Assembly (NCBI GenBank): GCA_035296825.1
Contig: DATHAG010000002.1
Coordinates: 1 to 40,697 of the forward strand
Reading direction: 5' to 3'
Source of the DNA: Gaiellaceae bacterium
Lineage (GTDB): Bacteria > Actinomycetota > Thermoleophilia > Gaiellales > Gaiellaceae
DNA: 40,697 nucleotides
Made by a program: the position numbers and the translations under genes. The notes beneath the pieces are model-generated. The model did no database searches. It was not told where the DNA came from and was given only the letters and a program-made list of their open reading frames with translations. How positions within the stretch are numbered: position 1 is the first letter of the stretch; every line of letters begins with the position of its first letter. Below are positions 16,788-25,561 of the stretch, piece after piece.

Positions 16788-17581
16788 GTCAGGCACCTTT
16801 CCAGCGCCCGGTCGACGAGGATGCGAAGAGCGTGACGACGATAGACAGCGGTTCCGCGGACGTCGTCTATCGGGCTTGCGTCGGCCGCAACTCGCTCTGC
16901 AAACTCGCCCCGCTCGGAAAGCGAGGCGCGCACGAGCCCGACGACCGGCCCCGCCGAGCCGTAAGCGGCGCGAAGCTCGTCTAGCTCTCGATCGGCCACG
17001 AGAGCGAGTGAGACCACGGCAATCACCATGGCATTCCTGGGCCCTACCTTCATGAAGGTCTGCGGGGCTCCGGACGGTTGCATTCGTACCGCCAGGATCA
17101 GCTCGTCCTCCTCGAGTGCGTTCTTCTTCGGTCCGAGCAGGAAGTCGGCAAGCGCGAGTACTCGAGTGCCGCGCACGCTCGCGACCTCGACAACTGCGCC
17201 TTCGATCAGAAACGGTGGCAGAGCGTCGCCGGCGGGAGAGGCGGTTCCGAGATTCCCGCCGATCGTCGCTCGATTGCGGATCTGCGGCGATCCCACGGTC
17301 CTCGACGCCTCGGCGAGCGCAGGGAACGCCTCGGCGAGCGGCGTCCGCATCGCCTCCGTGAACGTGAGCCCGCTTCCGAGCCTGACTGCGCCGTTGTCGC
17401 GCGACCACCCTCGCAGCTCGGCCACCTCATTCAGATTCAGGATGTGACCCGGCCGCGAGCGGTCGAAGTTGAGATCGACCAGCACGTCCGTTCCCCCGGC
17501 AATCGGGCGCGCCGCGGGGTGCGCAGCCTTTAGTTGCAGCGCCTCGTCCAGCGAGCGTGGGGTCATCACCTCCAACAGCAT
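16784..17581 (-). CDS. Xanthine dehydrogenase family FAD-binding subunit (CoxM/XdhB-like)
   Basis: MLLEVMTPRSLDEALQLKAAHPAARPIAGGTDVLV, then IRNRATIGGNLGTASPAGD. Start is ambiguous (TTG 17614, ATG 17581, ATG 17566). Confidence 0.85.
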   Translation of the reverse strand: MLLEVMTPRSLDEALQLKAAHPAARPIAGGTDVLVDLNFDRSRPGHILNLNEVAELRGWSRDNGAVRLGSGLTFTEAMRTPLAEAFPALAEASRTVGSPQIRNRATIGGNLGTASPAGDALPPFLIEGAVVEVASVRGTRVLALADFLLGPKKNALEEDELILAVRMQPSGAPQTFMKVGPRNAMVIAVVSLALVADRELDELRAAYGSAGPVVGLVRASLSERGEFAERVAADASPIDDVRGTAVYRRHALRILVDRALERCLT

Positions 17582-17597
17582 CCGGTTATACGACGCG

Positions 17598-17623
17598 CCG
17601 GCAGAAATTCCCAACCCTGCCGG
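17598..17623. promoter_or_regulatory. Inverted repeat CCGGCAG-N12-CTGCCGG in the divergent XDH/adenine-deaminase control region
   Basis: Seen directly, flanked by a direct repeat CCGGTTAT at 17582 and 17620. Function unknown; possibly an operator or a 5'-UTR hairpin. Confidence 0.25.
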
Positions 17624-17638
17624 TTATGGTCAGCGCCA

Positions 17639-19330
17639 ATGATTGACCTCGCGAGGCGCATCGCCGTCGCCAGGGGCGACGAGCCGGCCGACCTCGTCAT
17701 TCGGGGCGGGTCGGTGCTGTCGGTCTTCACGCGCGAGTGGCTCCAGACCGACGTCGCGATCGTCGACGGCTTCGTGGCAGGGCTCGGGGAGTACGACGGA
17801 CACGAGCTGATCGACGCGAAGGAGCGCTTCGTCGTCCCGGGGTTCATCGACGCGCACATGCACATCGAGACCTCGAAGCTCCTCGTCGGGGAGTTCGCAC
17901 GGCTCGTGCTGCCACTGGGTACGACCGCGGTGATCGCAGACCCCCACGAGATCGCCAACGTTTTGGGCACCGACGGAATCCACTGGCTTGCAGATCTTTG
18001 CGACGACGTACCACTCGACGTCTTCTTCATGGCTTCGTCGTGCGTCCCCGCCTCACGGTTCGAGTCACCGCGCAGACCGCTGACCGCTGGTGACCTCGAA
18101 GGACTCCTTCACCGCCGCCGGGTCATCGGACTCGCCGAGATGATGAACTTCCCCGGCGTGATCGCGGGCGACGAGCACGAGCTCGAGAAGCTCCGCCTCG
18201 GGGAGGCCGGCCATGTCGACGGGCACGCGCCCGGAGTGCTCGGAAAAGAGCTGAACGCCTATGCGTCCGCGGGCATTCGCTCCGATCACGAGGCGTACTC
18301 CGCGGAGGAAGGCCGCGAGAGGCTCCGCGCCGGCATGTGGCTCCTGATCCGCGAGGCGACAGCAGCTCGAAATCTTCACGCCCTTCTGCCCCTCGTGCAA
18401 GAGTTCGGCCCCGGGCGGATCGCCTTCTGCACGGACGACCGGGAGCCCGAGCACATCGCCGACGACGGCCACTTGAACGCGCTCGTCCGAGACGCGGTCG
18501 CGTTCGGAATTCCCCCCACTGAAGCCCTTGTGATCGCCTCTCTGAATGCCGCGCACTGGCACGGTCTCGACCATCTGGGCGCCGTAGCACCCGGCTACCA
18601 GGCGGACCTCGTCGTGCTCCCGGATCTCGAGAGCTTCGTGCCGGACCTCGTCTTGAAGGCCGGTCATCTCCCTCCCGAGATCCCTGAGATCAGGGTTCCA
18701 GAGTGGGTCAAGCACAGCGTCCGCATCCAGCCGGTGGCGTCGAACGACTTCCAGATTCCCTGGGACGGTGGAAGGGCGCGCGTGATCGGGCTCGTGCCCG
18801 GCCAGATCGTCACCGATTCGCTCTCGGACGAGCTCACCGTCGAAGACGGCTCAGCGGTCGCCGATCCGAAGCGCGACCTCGCGAAAGTAGCCGTCATCGA
18901 GCGCCATCTAGGCACCGGGCGGATCGGCCTCGGCTTCGTCCGCGGCTTCGGGCTCCAGAGCGGTGCGTTCGCCTCGACGTTCTCCCACGATGCGCACAAT
19001 GTCGTTATCGTCGGAGTGGACGACGGCGACATGGCCCGGGCAGCGGCGCGCCTCGCCGAGCTCGGTGGCGGCATCGTGGTCGTGGAGAGTCGCGGCGTCC
19101 GCGCTGAGATGCCCCTGCCCGTGGCGGGGCTCCTCTCGGAGGCCCCGCTCGAAGAGGTGATCGCCCAGAGCCGCGCGGTCACGGCGGCCGCGGCGGACCT
19201 CGGCTGTACGTTGCCGGCCCCCTTCCAGTCGATGGCGTTTCTCGCGCTCTCCGTGATCCCGAGCCTCAAGATAACCGACCGCGGCCTCGTCGACGTCGAA
19301 CGTTTCGAGCTCGTGCCGCTTCGTTCATGA
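17639..19330 (+). CDS. ade: Adenine deaminase
   Basis: ATG 17639 (MIDLARRIAVARGDEPADLVIRGG...). GFIDAHMHIETS metal-binding motif, about 563 aa, typical two-domain Ade architecture. Confidence 0.9.
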   Translation: MIDLARRIAVARGDEPADLVIRGGSVLSVFTREWLQTDVAIVDGFVAGLGEYDGHELIDAKERFVVPGFIDAHMHIETSKLLVGEFARLVLPLGTTAVIADPHEIANVLGTDGIHWLADLCDDVPLDVFFMASSCVPASRFESPRRPLTAGDLEGLLHRRRVIGLAEMMNFPGVIAGDEHELEKLRLGEAGHVDGHAPGVLGKELNAYASAGIRSDHEAYSAEEGRERLRAGMWLLIREATAARNLHALLPLVQEFGPGRIAFCTDDREPEHIADDGHLNALVRDAVAFGIPPTEALVIASLNAAHWHGLDHLGAVAPGYQADLVVLPDLESFVPDLVLKAGHLPPEIPEIRVPEWVKHSVRIQPVASNDFQIPWDGGRARVIGLVPGQIVTDSLSDELTVEDGSAVADPKRDLAKVAVIERHLGTGRIGLGFVRGFGLQSGAFASTFSHDAHNVVIVGVDDGDMARAAARLAELGGGIVVVESRGVRAEMPLPVAGLLSEAPLEEVIAQSRAVTAAAADLGCTLPAPFQSMAFLALSVIPSLKITDRGLVDVERFELVPLRS

Positions 19331-20655
19331 GCACGCTCTTCACAGACGCCCACGTCGCGACGATGGACGATGACGGCAGGGAGCTGGAGGGTTGGATCCT
19401 CGTCGAGAACGGGCTCGTGGCCGCGGTCGGGGACGGGCCACGACCGGACGCTCGCGAGACGACCAGCCTACGCGGGGCGCTCGTGACGCCGGGGCTCGTC
19501 AACACGCACCACCATCTCTACCAGACGCTGACGCGGACGCGAGCGCAGGAGGCCGATTTGTTCACCTGGCTTCGGACCCTCTACCCGGCCTGGAGTCGGA
19601 TCGACGCCGAGTCCGAGTACGCAGCCGCGCGCACGGGGCTCGCGGAGCTGGCGCTCTCGGGCTGCAGCACGGTCTTCGACCATCACTACGTCTTCCCCAA
19701 GGGGCGCGAGGGTATCGTGGAGGCCGAGGTACAGGCGGCGCGAGAGCTCGGCGTCAGGTTGGTTGCCTCACGGGGCTCGATGGACCTCGGCAAGTCGCAA
19801 GGCGGCCTGCCGCCGGATGAGCTCGTCGAGGATGCCGACGCGGTGCTGGCCGAGACCGAGAGCCTCGCGCACCTCCACGAGACGGGTATTGGCGCCATGA
19901 TCCAAATCGCGGTGGCGCCGTGCTCGCCCTTCTCGGTCACCCGCCAGCTGATGACCGATTCTGCGGAGCTGGCGCGGCGTCTGGGCCTTCTGCTCCACAC
20001 CCACCTAGCCGAGACCGTGGAGGAGGAGGAGTACTGCGTCGAGCTCTACGGCTGCCGCCCTGTCGAGTACATGGACGAGCTGGGCTGGCTCGATTCCGAT
20101 GTCTGGTGCGCGCACTGCGTCCACCTCTCGGAGGCCGACATCGATCGCTTCGCGGCCACGGGCACCGGTGTCGCTCACTGCCCAACATCGAACCTTCGTC
20201 TGGGCGCCGGCATCGCGCCGGTGCGGGCGCTCCTCGACGGTGGGGTCAGGGTGGGCCTCGGTGTGGACGGGTCGGCATCGAACGAGCGCGGAGATCTCTC
20301 AGCCGAGCTCAAGCAGTCGCTGCTCGCAGCGCGAGGCCGCGGCGGCCCGGCGGCGCTCACGGCTCGCGAGGCTCTCCACCTCGGCACTCGAGGAGGCGCC
20401 CAGGTGCTCCATCGTGGGGATCTGGGCTCGATTGAGCCCGGCAAATGCGCCGACCTCGCCGTGTGGCGGACCGACGGCCTCGAGTTTGCTGGCGCGAGCG
20501 ACCCCGTGGCCGCGCTCGTCCTGGCCGGGCCGCACCGCGTCGACCGGCTCTACGTGGGTGGCGAGGAAGTCGTCCGCGACGGGCAACTCATACGGGCCGA
20601 GACGGCCGAAATCGCGCAGGAGCACCGGAGACAGGCGGAGAAGTTCGCGGCATGA
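19327..20655 (+). CDS. COG0402 amidohydrolase, 8-oxoguanine/guanine deaminase-like
   Basis: 442 aa. LVTPGLVNTHHHLYQTLTR, HTHLAET, CAHCVHL, GVDGSASN. ATGA overlap with the ade stop. Confidence 0.8.
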   Translation: MSTLFTDAHVATMDDDGRELEGWILVENGLVAAVGDGPRPDARETTSLRGALVTPGLVNTHHHLYQTLTRTRAQEADLFTWLRTLYPAWSRIDAESEYAAARTGLAELALSGCSTVFDHHYVFPKGREGIVEAEVQAARELGVRLVASRGSMDLGKSQGGLPPDELVEDADAVLAETESLAHLHETGIGAMIQIAVAPCSPFSVTRQLMTDSAELARRLGLLLHTHLAETVEEEEYCVELYGCRPVEYMDELGWLDSDVWCAHCVHLSEADIDRFAATGTGVAHCPTSNLRLGAGIAPVRALLDGGVRVGLGVDGSASNERGDLSAELKQSLLAARGRGGPAALTAREALHLGTRGGAQVLHRGDLGSIEPGKCADLAVWRTDGLEFAGASDPVAALVLAGPHRVDRLYVGGEEVVRDGQLIRAETAEIAQEHRRQAEKFAA

Positions 20656-20945
20656 GTGCATCGCTCTCCACCCACGTGCTCGATGTCGAGCGCGGGAAGC
20701 CGGCGCGAGGTGTCCGGGTCGAGCTCTATCGGGAGAGTGACGTTCTGGCCACCGCCGAAACCGACGCCGAGGGTCGGATCGGCGACCTCGGGGGAGCGCT
20801 CGACCCCGGCCGGTACCGCCTCGTCTTCCACCCCCCCTCGCCGCTCTTCCGGCGCGTCGAGCTCGAGCTCGCACTCGAAGACAGACATCATCACGTGCCC
20901 CTCCTCGTCTCCTCGTACGCGTGCGTGACCTACCGCGGCAGCTGA
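20652..20945 (+). CDS. uraH: 5-hydroxyisourate hydrolase (transthyretin-like)
   Basis: ATG 20652 makes an ATGA overlap with the upstream stop. MSASLSTHVLDVERGKPARGVRVELY... HHHVPLLVSSYACVTYRGS, with the diagnostic C-terminal YRGS. Confidence 0.9.
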   Translation: MSASLSTHVLDVERGKPARGVRVELYRESDVLATAETDAEGRIGDLGGALDPGRYRLVFHPPSPLFRRVELELALEDRHHHVPLLVSSYACVTYRGS

Positions 20946-21358
20946 GCGCGGACGAGCTCGCTGAGCTCTTCGAGGGACGGACGCGACTCGTGGAGCACCT
21001 CGCCGATTCCGAGGATCCACTCGGTCGCCCCGAAAATGTGATCGCCAGCCTGACCGAGGCCGAGAAGATCGAGGCGCTCGAGGCGCACCCGGCCATCGGC
21101 GCTCAGCGCCTTTCCAAACGGTCTGCTCGGGAGCAAGGTCAGGACGCCGAGCCCGAGGTCGCAGCAGAGCTCAAACGGCTGAATCGCGCCTACGAGGAGA
21201 GGTTCGGCTTTCGATTCGTCGTCTTCGTGAACCGCCGGCCTCGCGCAGATCTGGTGCCCATCCTCCGCGCGCGACTCGCCCGGACGCGGGACGAGGAGCT
21301 GACGACGGCGCTTGAGGAGCTCGTCGCAATCGCCCGCGACCGCTGGAGGCAGGGATGA
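20921..21358 (+). CDS. uraD: 2-oxo-4-hydroxy-4-carboxy-5-ureidoimidazoline (OHCU) decarboxylase
   Basis: 145 aa. AHPAIGA, SAREQG, YEERFGFRFVVFVNRRPRADLVPILRARL. GTG start overlaps the uraH 3' end by 25 nt; start uncertain. Confidence 0.85.
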   Translation: MRDLPRQLSADELAELFEGRTRLVEHLADSEDPLGRPENVIASLTEAEKIEALEAHPAIGAQRLSKRSAREQGQDAEPEVAAELKRLNRAYEERFGFRFVVFVNRRPRADLVPILRARLARTRDEELTTALEELVAIARDRWRQG

Positions 21359-22149
21359 GCATCCACTACGGCAAGGCCGAGATCGGCGTCTATCGGACCG
21401 ACGGGGTCAGCTCGCTCTTCGCCGCCGACGTCACGCTGGACGTCTTCGGCGAGAACTTCATGCCTGCCTACACCGACGGCGACAACTCGCTGGTGGTGGC
21501 GACGGACACCATGAAGAACTTCGTACACGCAAACGCGCTCGAGTACGAGGGCGAGTCGCTCGAAGGGCTCCTCGACCTCCTCGGCGAGCGCTTCCTCCAC
21601 ACTTATGACCATGTCGAGCGGATCCGGCTGAAGGTGCGGGAGATCCCGTTCGAGCGGCAGAGCGACGTGCTCTTCCAACGGCGGTACGGGGACGCGGGCG
21701 TGGCCGAACTCGAACTCGCCCGCGAAGGGGTGGTCGATCGTCGCTCCGGACGGGAAGGCGTTCATCTGATCAAGATCACCGGCAGCTCGTTCACCCGATT
21801 CGCGCGCGACGACTACACGACCCTTCCCGAGACAGTCGATCGCCCCCTGTTCGTCTACCTCGACGTCCACTGGCGGTACGGCGACGAAGCCGGCCCGGTC
21901 TGGAGTGCCGACGTGCGCGACTCGCTCGCCGAGACGTTCGACGACTTCAACTCGAAGTCGATCCAGCACCTCGTCCACGAGATGGGGCGCCGTTTGCTCG
22001 ACCGCTTCCCCGCGATCGCCGAGCTCTCGTTCGAAGCCCAGAACCGGCTTTGGGACACCGCCCAGGTCTCCGAGGCGGACGAGCGCGTCAAGGTCTACAC
22101 GGATCCACGCCCGCCTTACGGCATGATCGGTCTCACGCTGAGGCGGTAG
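21355..22149 (+). CDS. uox: Cofactor-independent urate oxidase (uricase)
   Basis: 264 aa. YGKAEIGVYR, VVATDTMKNFVH, two T-fold halves. ATGA overlap with the uraD stop. Confidence 0.88.
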   Translation: MSIHYGKAEIGVYRTDGVSSLFAADVTLDVFGENFMPAYTDGDNSLVVATDTMKNFVHANALEYEGESLEGLLDLLGERFLHTYDHVERIRLKVREIPFERQSDVLFQRRYGDAGVAELELAREGVVDRRSGREGVHLIKITGSSFTRFARDDYTTLPETVDRPLFVYLDVHWRYGDEAGPVWSADVRDSLAETFDDFNSKSIQHLVHEMGRRLLDRFPAIAELSFEAQNRLWDTAQVSEADERVKVYTDPRPPYGMIGLTLRR

Positions 22150-22158
22150 GTTCAGCGC

Positions 22159-22566
22159 GTGCTCGACATCGTCGTCGGCGACCTTCGCTTCAAGGCCCGT
22201 CTCGAGGAGGAGCTCTCGCCGCGAACGGTGGCGGCGGCTCGCAAGCTCTTTCCCCTGGAGGCGCACCTGCTTCAGGCCCGCTGGAGCGGCCAGGCTGCGT
22301 GGGTTCCTCTCGGGGAGCTCGATGCTGGCGTCGGCCCGGAGGATCCCACCAGCTACCCCGCTCCTGGCGAGCTTCTGCTGTATCCCGGCGGCGTCAGCGA
22401 GACCGAGATCCTCTTTCCGTACGGACGAACGTGCTTCGCGAGCATGGCCGGTCAGCTGGCGGGCAACCACTTCGCGACGCTGGTGGAGGGGGTCGAACAG
22501 CTGCCGGAGCTCGGCAGGCGGGTCATCTGGGACGGCGCCCAGCCAATCCGCTTGGCGGTCGCTTAA
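22159..22566 (+). CDS. DUF3830-like (cyclophilin-like fold) protein of unknown function
   Basis: 135 aa, GTG start 9 nt after the uricase stop. MLDIVVGDLRFKARLEEELSPRTVAAARKLFPLEAHLLQARWSG...LLLYPGGVSETEILFPYG resembles the DUF3830 family as I remember it. Confidence 0.6.
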   Translation: MLDIVVGDLRFKARLEEELSPRTVAAARKLFPLEAHLLQARWSGQAAWVPLGELDAGVGPEDPTSYPAPGELLLYPGGVSETEILFPYGRTCFASMAGQLAGNHFATLVEGVEQLPELGRRVIWDGAQPIRLAVA

Positions 22567-22640
22567 TCGGCGAGGCGGCCGAGGGGCGTCGCTCTCGCCT
22601 CCGATCTCGTACAGGCGCTCGAGCCGCTCGAGGACCCTAG

Positions 22641-24113
22641 CTAGAGACCGAAAGGATTGACCGGCTTGGACCCGGTCGAGACGAAAACACTTTTCGTCTC
22701 GAGGTACATGTCGAGTGTCTCAATCCCGAGCTCCCGGCCGAAGCCTGACTGCTTGTAGCCTCCGAACGGAAACCCGGGGAAGGCCGAGTACGGGGCATTG
22801 ATGCCGACTGTCCCAGACTTGATCTGGCGCGCGAGTCGATGGCCGCGCCCGGGGTCGCCCGTCCAAACGGTTGCTACCAGGCCGTACCTGTTGTCGTTTG
22901 CTATCCGGACGGCGTCCTTCTCATCCTCGAACGGGATCACAGAGACGACGGGACCGAAGATCTCTTCCTGGGCCACGAGCATGCGGTTGTCGACTTTTGC
23001 GAGCACCGTGGGCGGATAGAAACTTCCCTTCCCGTCCGGGAGCTCACCGCCGGTCACGATCTCGACGCCCTCGCCGCGCCCCTGCTCGACGAAGTCGTGC
23101 ACCTTCTGGCGATGCGTTTCGGAGATGAGAGCGCCCATCTGGGTCTCGGGGTCGAGTGGGTCACCGACCTTGAGCCTGCCCGCCGTCTCGGTGAAGCGCG
23201 CCACGAAGTCGTCGTAGATGGACTCCTCGACGAGCACGCGCGAGCGGGCGTCGCAACTCTGACCGCCCGAGTAGTAGATCGCGTAGACGGACGAGGGGAT
23301 TGCGTCGTCGAGGTTCGCGTCGGCGAAGACGAGGCTGGGGCTCTTACCGCCAAGCTCGAGGGAAAGGCGCTTGATGGGCTCGGCGCTGAGCCGCATGATC
23401 TCGCTTCCGGTCCGCGTCGAGCCGGTGAATGCGACCTTGTCGATCCCGGGGTGGGAGACAAGGTAGGCGCCGGACGTCGGGCCGTCGCCGGGGACGACGT
23501 TGACGACCCCGGCGGGTATGCCCACTTCGACTGCGAGCTGGGCCAGGCGTAGTGCGGTCAGCGGGGTTGCAGGGTCCGGCTTCAGGACGACCGTGCAGCC
23601 GGCGGCCAGCGCGGGCGAGAGCTTCCAGGCGGCCAGCATGATCGGGTAGTTCCAGGGAACGATCTGGGCACAGACGCCCACCGGCTCGCGGAGCGTGTAC
23701 GAGAGGACGGAACCGCCGATCGGGTTGGAGCGCCCGGCGATCGACCCGATCGCCGACGCGAAGTAGCGGAAGTTCTCCACTGCCGTCACGACCTCGCCCT
23801 TGACCGACGAGATCGCCTTGCCGACGTTTCGCGTCTCGAGCTCCACGAGCTCCTTTCGGCTTGCGTGGACGGCGTCGGCGAGCGCGTGCAGGAGGCGCGA
23901 GCGTTCCGTCGGCGGCGTCTTTCCCCAGGGCCCGTCGAGCGCGCGGCGAGCAGCCGAGACAGCGCTGTCTACGTCTTCAGAACCCGCGATTGCGGCGCGG
24001 GCTAGCGGCTCCCCTGTGGCGGGCTCGTGAAGCTCTCGAACCTCGCCCGATGCAGGTTCGACGAGCGAACCGTCAATGAATAGTCCGTACTCCCGCACAG
24101 TCGCGACAGCCAT
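22641..24113 (-). CDS. NAD(P)+-dependent aldehyde dehydrogenase
   Basis: 490 aa. VLKPDPATP, FTGSTRTGSEIM, ELGGKSP, catalytic Cys context GGQSCDARSR, EEIFGPV. Confidence 0.9.
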   Translation of the reverse strand: MAVATVREYGLFIDGSLVEPASGEVRELHEPATGEPLARAAIAGSEDVDSAVSAARRALDGPWGKTPPTERSRLLHALADAVHASRKELVELETRNVGKAISSVKGEVVTAVENFRYFASAIGSIAGRSNPIGGSVLSYTLREPVGVCAQIVPWNYPIMLAAWKLSPALAAGCTVVLKPDPATPLTALRLAQLAVEVGIPAGVVNVVPGDGPTSGAYLVSHPGIDKVAFTGSTRTGSEIMRLSAEPIKRLSLELGGKSPSLVFADANLDDAIPSSVYAIYYSGGQSCDARSRVLVEESIYDDFVARFTETAGRLKVGDPLDPETQMGALISETHRQKVHDFVEQGRGEGVEIVTGGELPDGKGSFYPPTVLAKVDNRMLVAQEEIFGPVVSVIPFEDEKDAVRIANDNRYGLVATVWTGDPGRGHRLARQIKSGTVGINAPYSAFPGFPFGGYKQSGFGRELGIETLDMYLETKSVFVSTGSKPVNPFGL

Positions 24114-24344
24114 CTAGGCGCACCATACCCATTGACGTGCGTCTGATTGTGGGGGCCCCATCGGCCCCCTCCTGGAGCCGACTCTAGCCGGACTGCGCGC
24201 ACGTGTGGGTGACGTCTTCGAGCCGATTCTCCGCGCCCCGCAGCGAGTCTCCCTGTCCCACGATGCGAGGCACTCCCTCGAGGCGGCAGGTACCAGATCC
24301 CGCACTTGAACTCCCGCGGACCCGACCTTTCACCCCCTCGTGGA

Positions 24345-25532
24345 TCACCCGCCTGCCGCTTCGGTCCGCTCGAAGACCGCCGCCTGGCCCTGACCGACCC
24401 CCACGCAGAGCGTGGCGAGCCCGTAGCGACCGCCTCTGCGCCCGAGCTCGTGGAGGAGCGTCACGACCAGGCGCGCACCGCTCATCCCGAGCGGATGACC
24501 GACGGCGATCCCGCCGCCGTTCACGTTCACCCGCCCGGGGTCGAGCCCGAGCTCGCGGATCACGTGCAGGCTCTGGGAGGCGAACGCCTCGTTCAATTCA
24601 ACGAGGTCGAGGTCCGCGACCTCGATTCCCGCCCGCGCGAGCGCCTTCTGCACCGCGGGTACCGGGCCGATCCCCATCACCCGCGGGTCGACGCCCGCGA
24701 CGGCACTCGCGACGAAGCGGCCGAGTGACTCGACGCCGAGCTCGCGAGCCTTCTCCCGGGTCGCGATGACGAGGGCGGCCGCACCGTCATTCAGTCCGCT
24801 CGAGTTCCCTGCCGTCACGGTCCCGCCCTCCCGGAAGGCCGGCCTGAGCGTGGAGAGCTTCTCCAGGGTCGTGTCCGACCGGGGCTGCTCGTCCGCGCCG
24901 ACCCCGTCGACGGGCACAAGCTCGTCCCGAAAACGACCTGCCTCGACCGCGGCCGCATGGCGCCGCTGGCTCTCGAGCGCAAAGGCATCCTGATCCGCCC
25001 GGGAGACCGACCATCGCTCCGCGACGTTCTCCCCGGTCTCTCCCATCGACTCGAGAGGAAACTTCTCCTCGAGCCGCGGGTTCGGGAAGCGCCAGCCGAG
25101 CGTCGTATCCCAGACGGTCCGGTCGCCTCGCTCGTACGCGCGCTCCGGCTTCGCCAGAACCAGTGGTGCCCTGGTCATCGATTCCACACCCCCTGCCACG
25201 AACAGCTCGCCTTCTCCGGCACGAATGGCGTGGCACGCGGACACGACAGCCGAGAGACCCGAGGCGCAGAGCCGGTTCACGGTTATCCCAGCGACCGTCT
25301 CTGGAAGCCCGGCTAGGAGCGCGGCCATCCGGGCGATGTTGCGATTGTCCTCGCCGGCCTGGTTCGCGCAGCCGAAGTACACATCCTCGATCTCTCCCGC
25401 TTCAACCCCGGCCCGCTCCACGGCCGCTGCGATCGCGAGTGCCGCCAGGTCGTCGGCGCGGTGCTCGGAAAGCGCGCCGCCGTAGCGTCCAACCGGGGTG
25501 CGGACGCCCGCGAGAACCACTGCCTCGGCCAT
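24345..25532 (-). CDS. Acetyl-CoA C-acyltransferase / 3-oxoadipyl-CoA thiolase (PaaJ/PcaF-type)
   Basis: 395 aa. [11 protein letters not shown] (active-site Cys), [31 protein letters not shown]. Confidence 0.9.
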   Translation of the reverse strand: MAEAVVLAGVRTPVGRYGGALSEHRADDLAALAIAAAVERAGVEAGEIEDVYFGCANQAGEDNRNIARMAALLAGLPETVAGITVNRLCASGLSAVVSACHAIRAGEGELFVAGGVESMTRAPLVLAKPERAYERGDRTVWDTTLGWRFPNPRLEEKFPLESMGETGENVAERWSVSRADQDAFALESQRRHAAAVEAGRFRDELVPVDGVGADEQPRSDTTLEKLSTLRPAFREGGTVTAGNSSGLNDGAAALVIATREKARELGVESLGRFVASAVAGVDPRVMGIGPVPAVQKALARAGIEVADLDLVELNEAFASQSLHVIRELGLDPGRVNVNGGGIAVGHPLGMSGARLVVTLLHELGRRGGRYGLATLCVGVGQGQAAVFERTEAAGG

Positions 25533-25561
25533 GAGGCCCAGTCTACTTTCGTGCTAACCGG

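Noticed and set aside
16788-17408. N-terminal 207 codons of ORF 16332-17408 fused to the 2Fe-2S subunit
   Set aside because: This Arg-rich stretch overlaps the FAD-subunit gene in another frame. The 2Fe-2S subunit begins at MRIELTVNG (ATG 16787) with an ATGA coupling. The same logic trims the 5' extensions of ORFs 10917-11951, 30189-31199, 4780-5502, 20445-20945, 33789-34196, 13479-13988 and 17534-19330.
21190-22470. 426-aa minus-strand ORF
   Set aside because: It is antisense to uraD, uricase and DUF3830, which all have clear family signatures and coupled starts. The composition is typical of a shadow ORF.
24114-24305. 63-aa upstream ORF whose stop abuts the ALDH start codon (TAGATG), a possible leader peptide
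   Set aside because: The translation is Arg-rich, and the codons I checked near its 3' end have mostly A/T at third positions, unlike real genes here. There is no SD. It is more likely non-coding spacer that contains a hairpin and the ALDH promoter.
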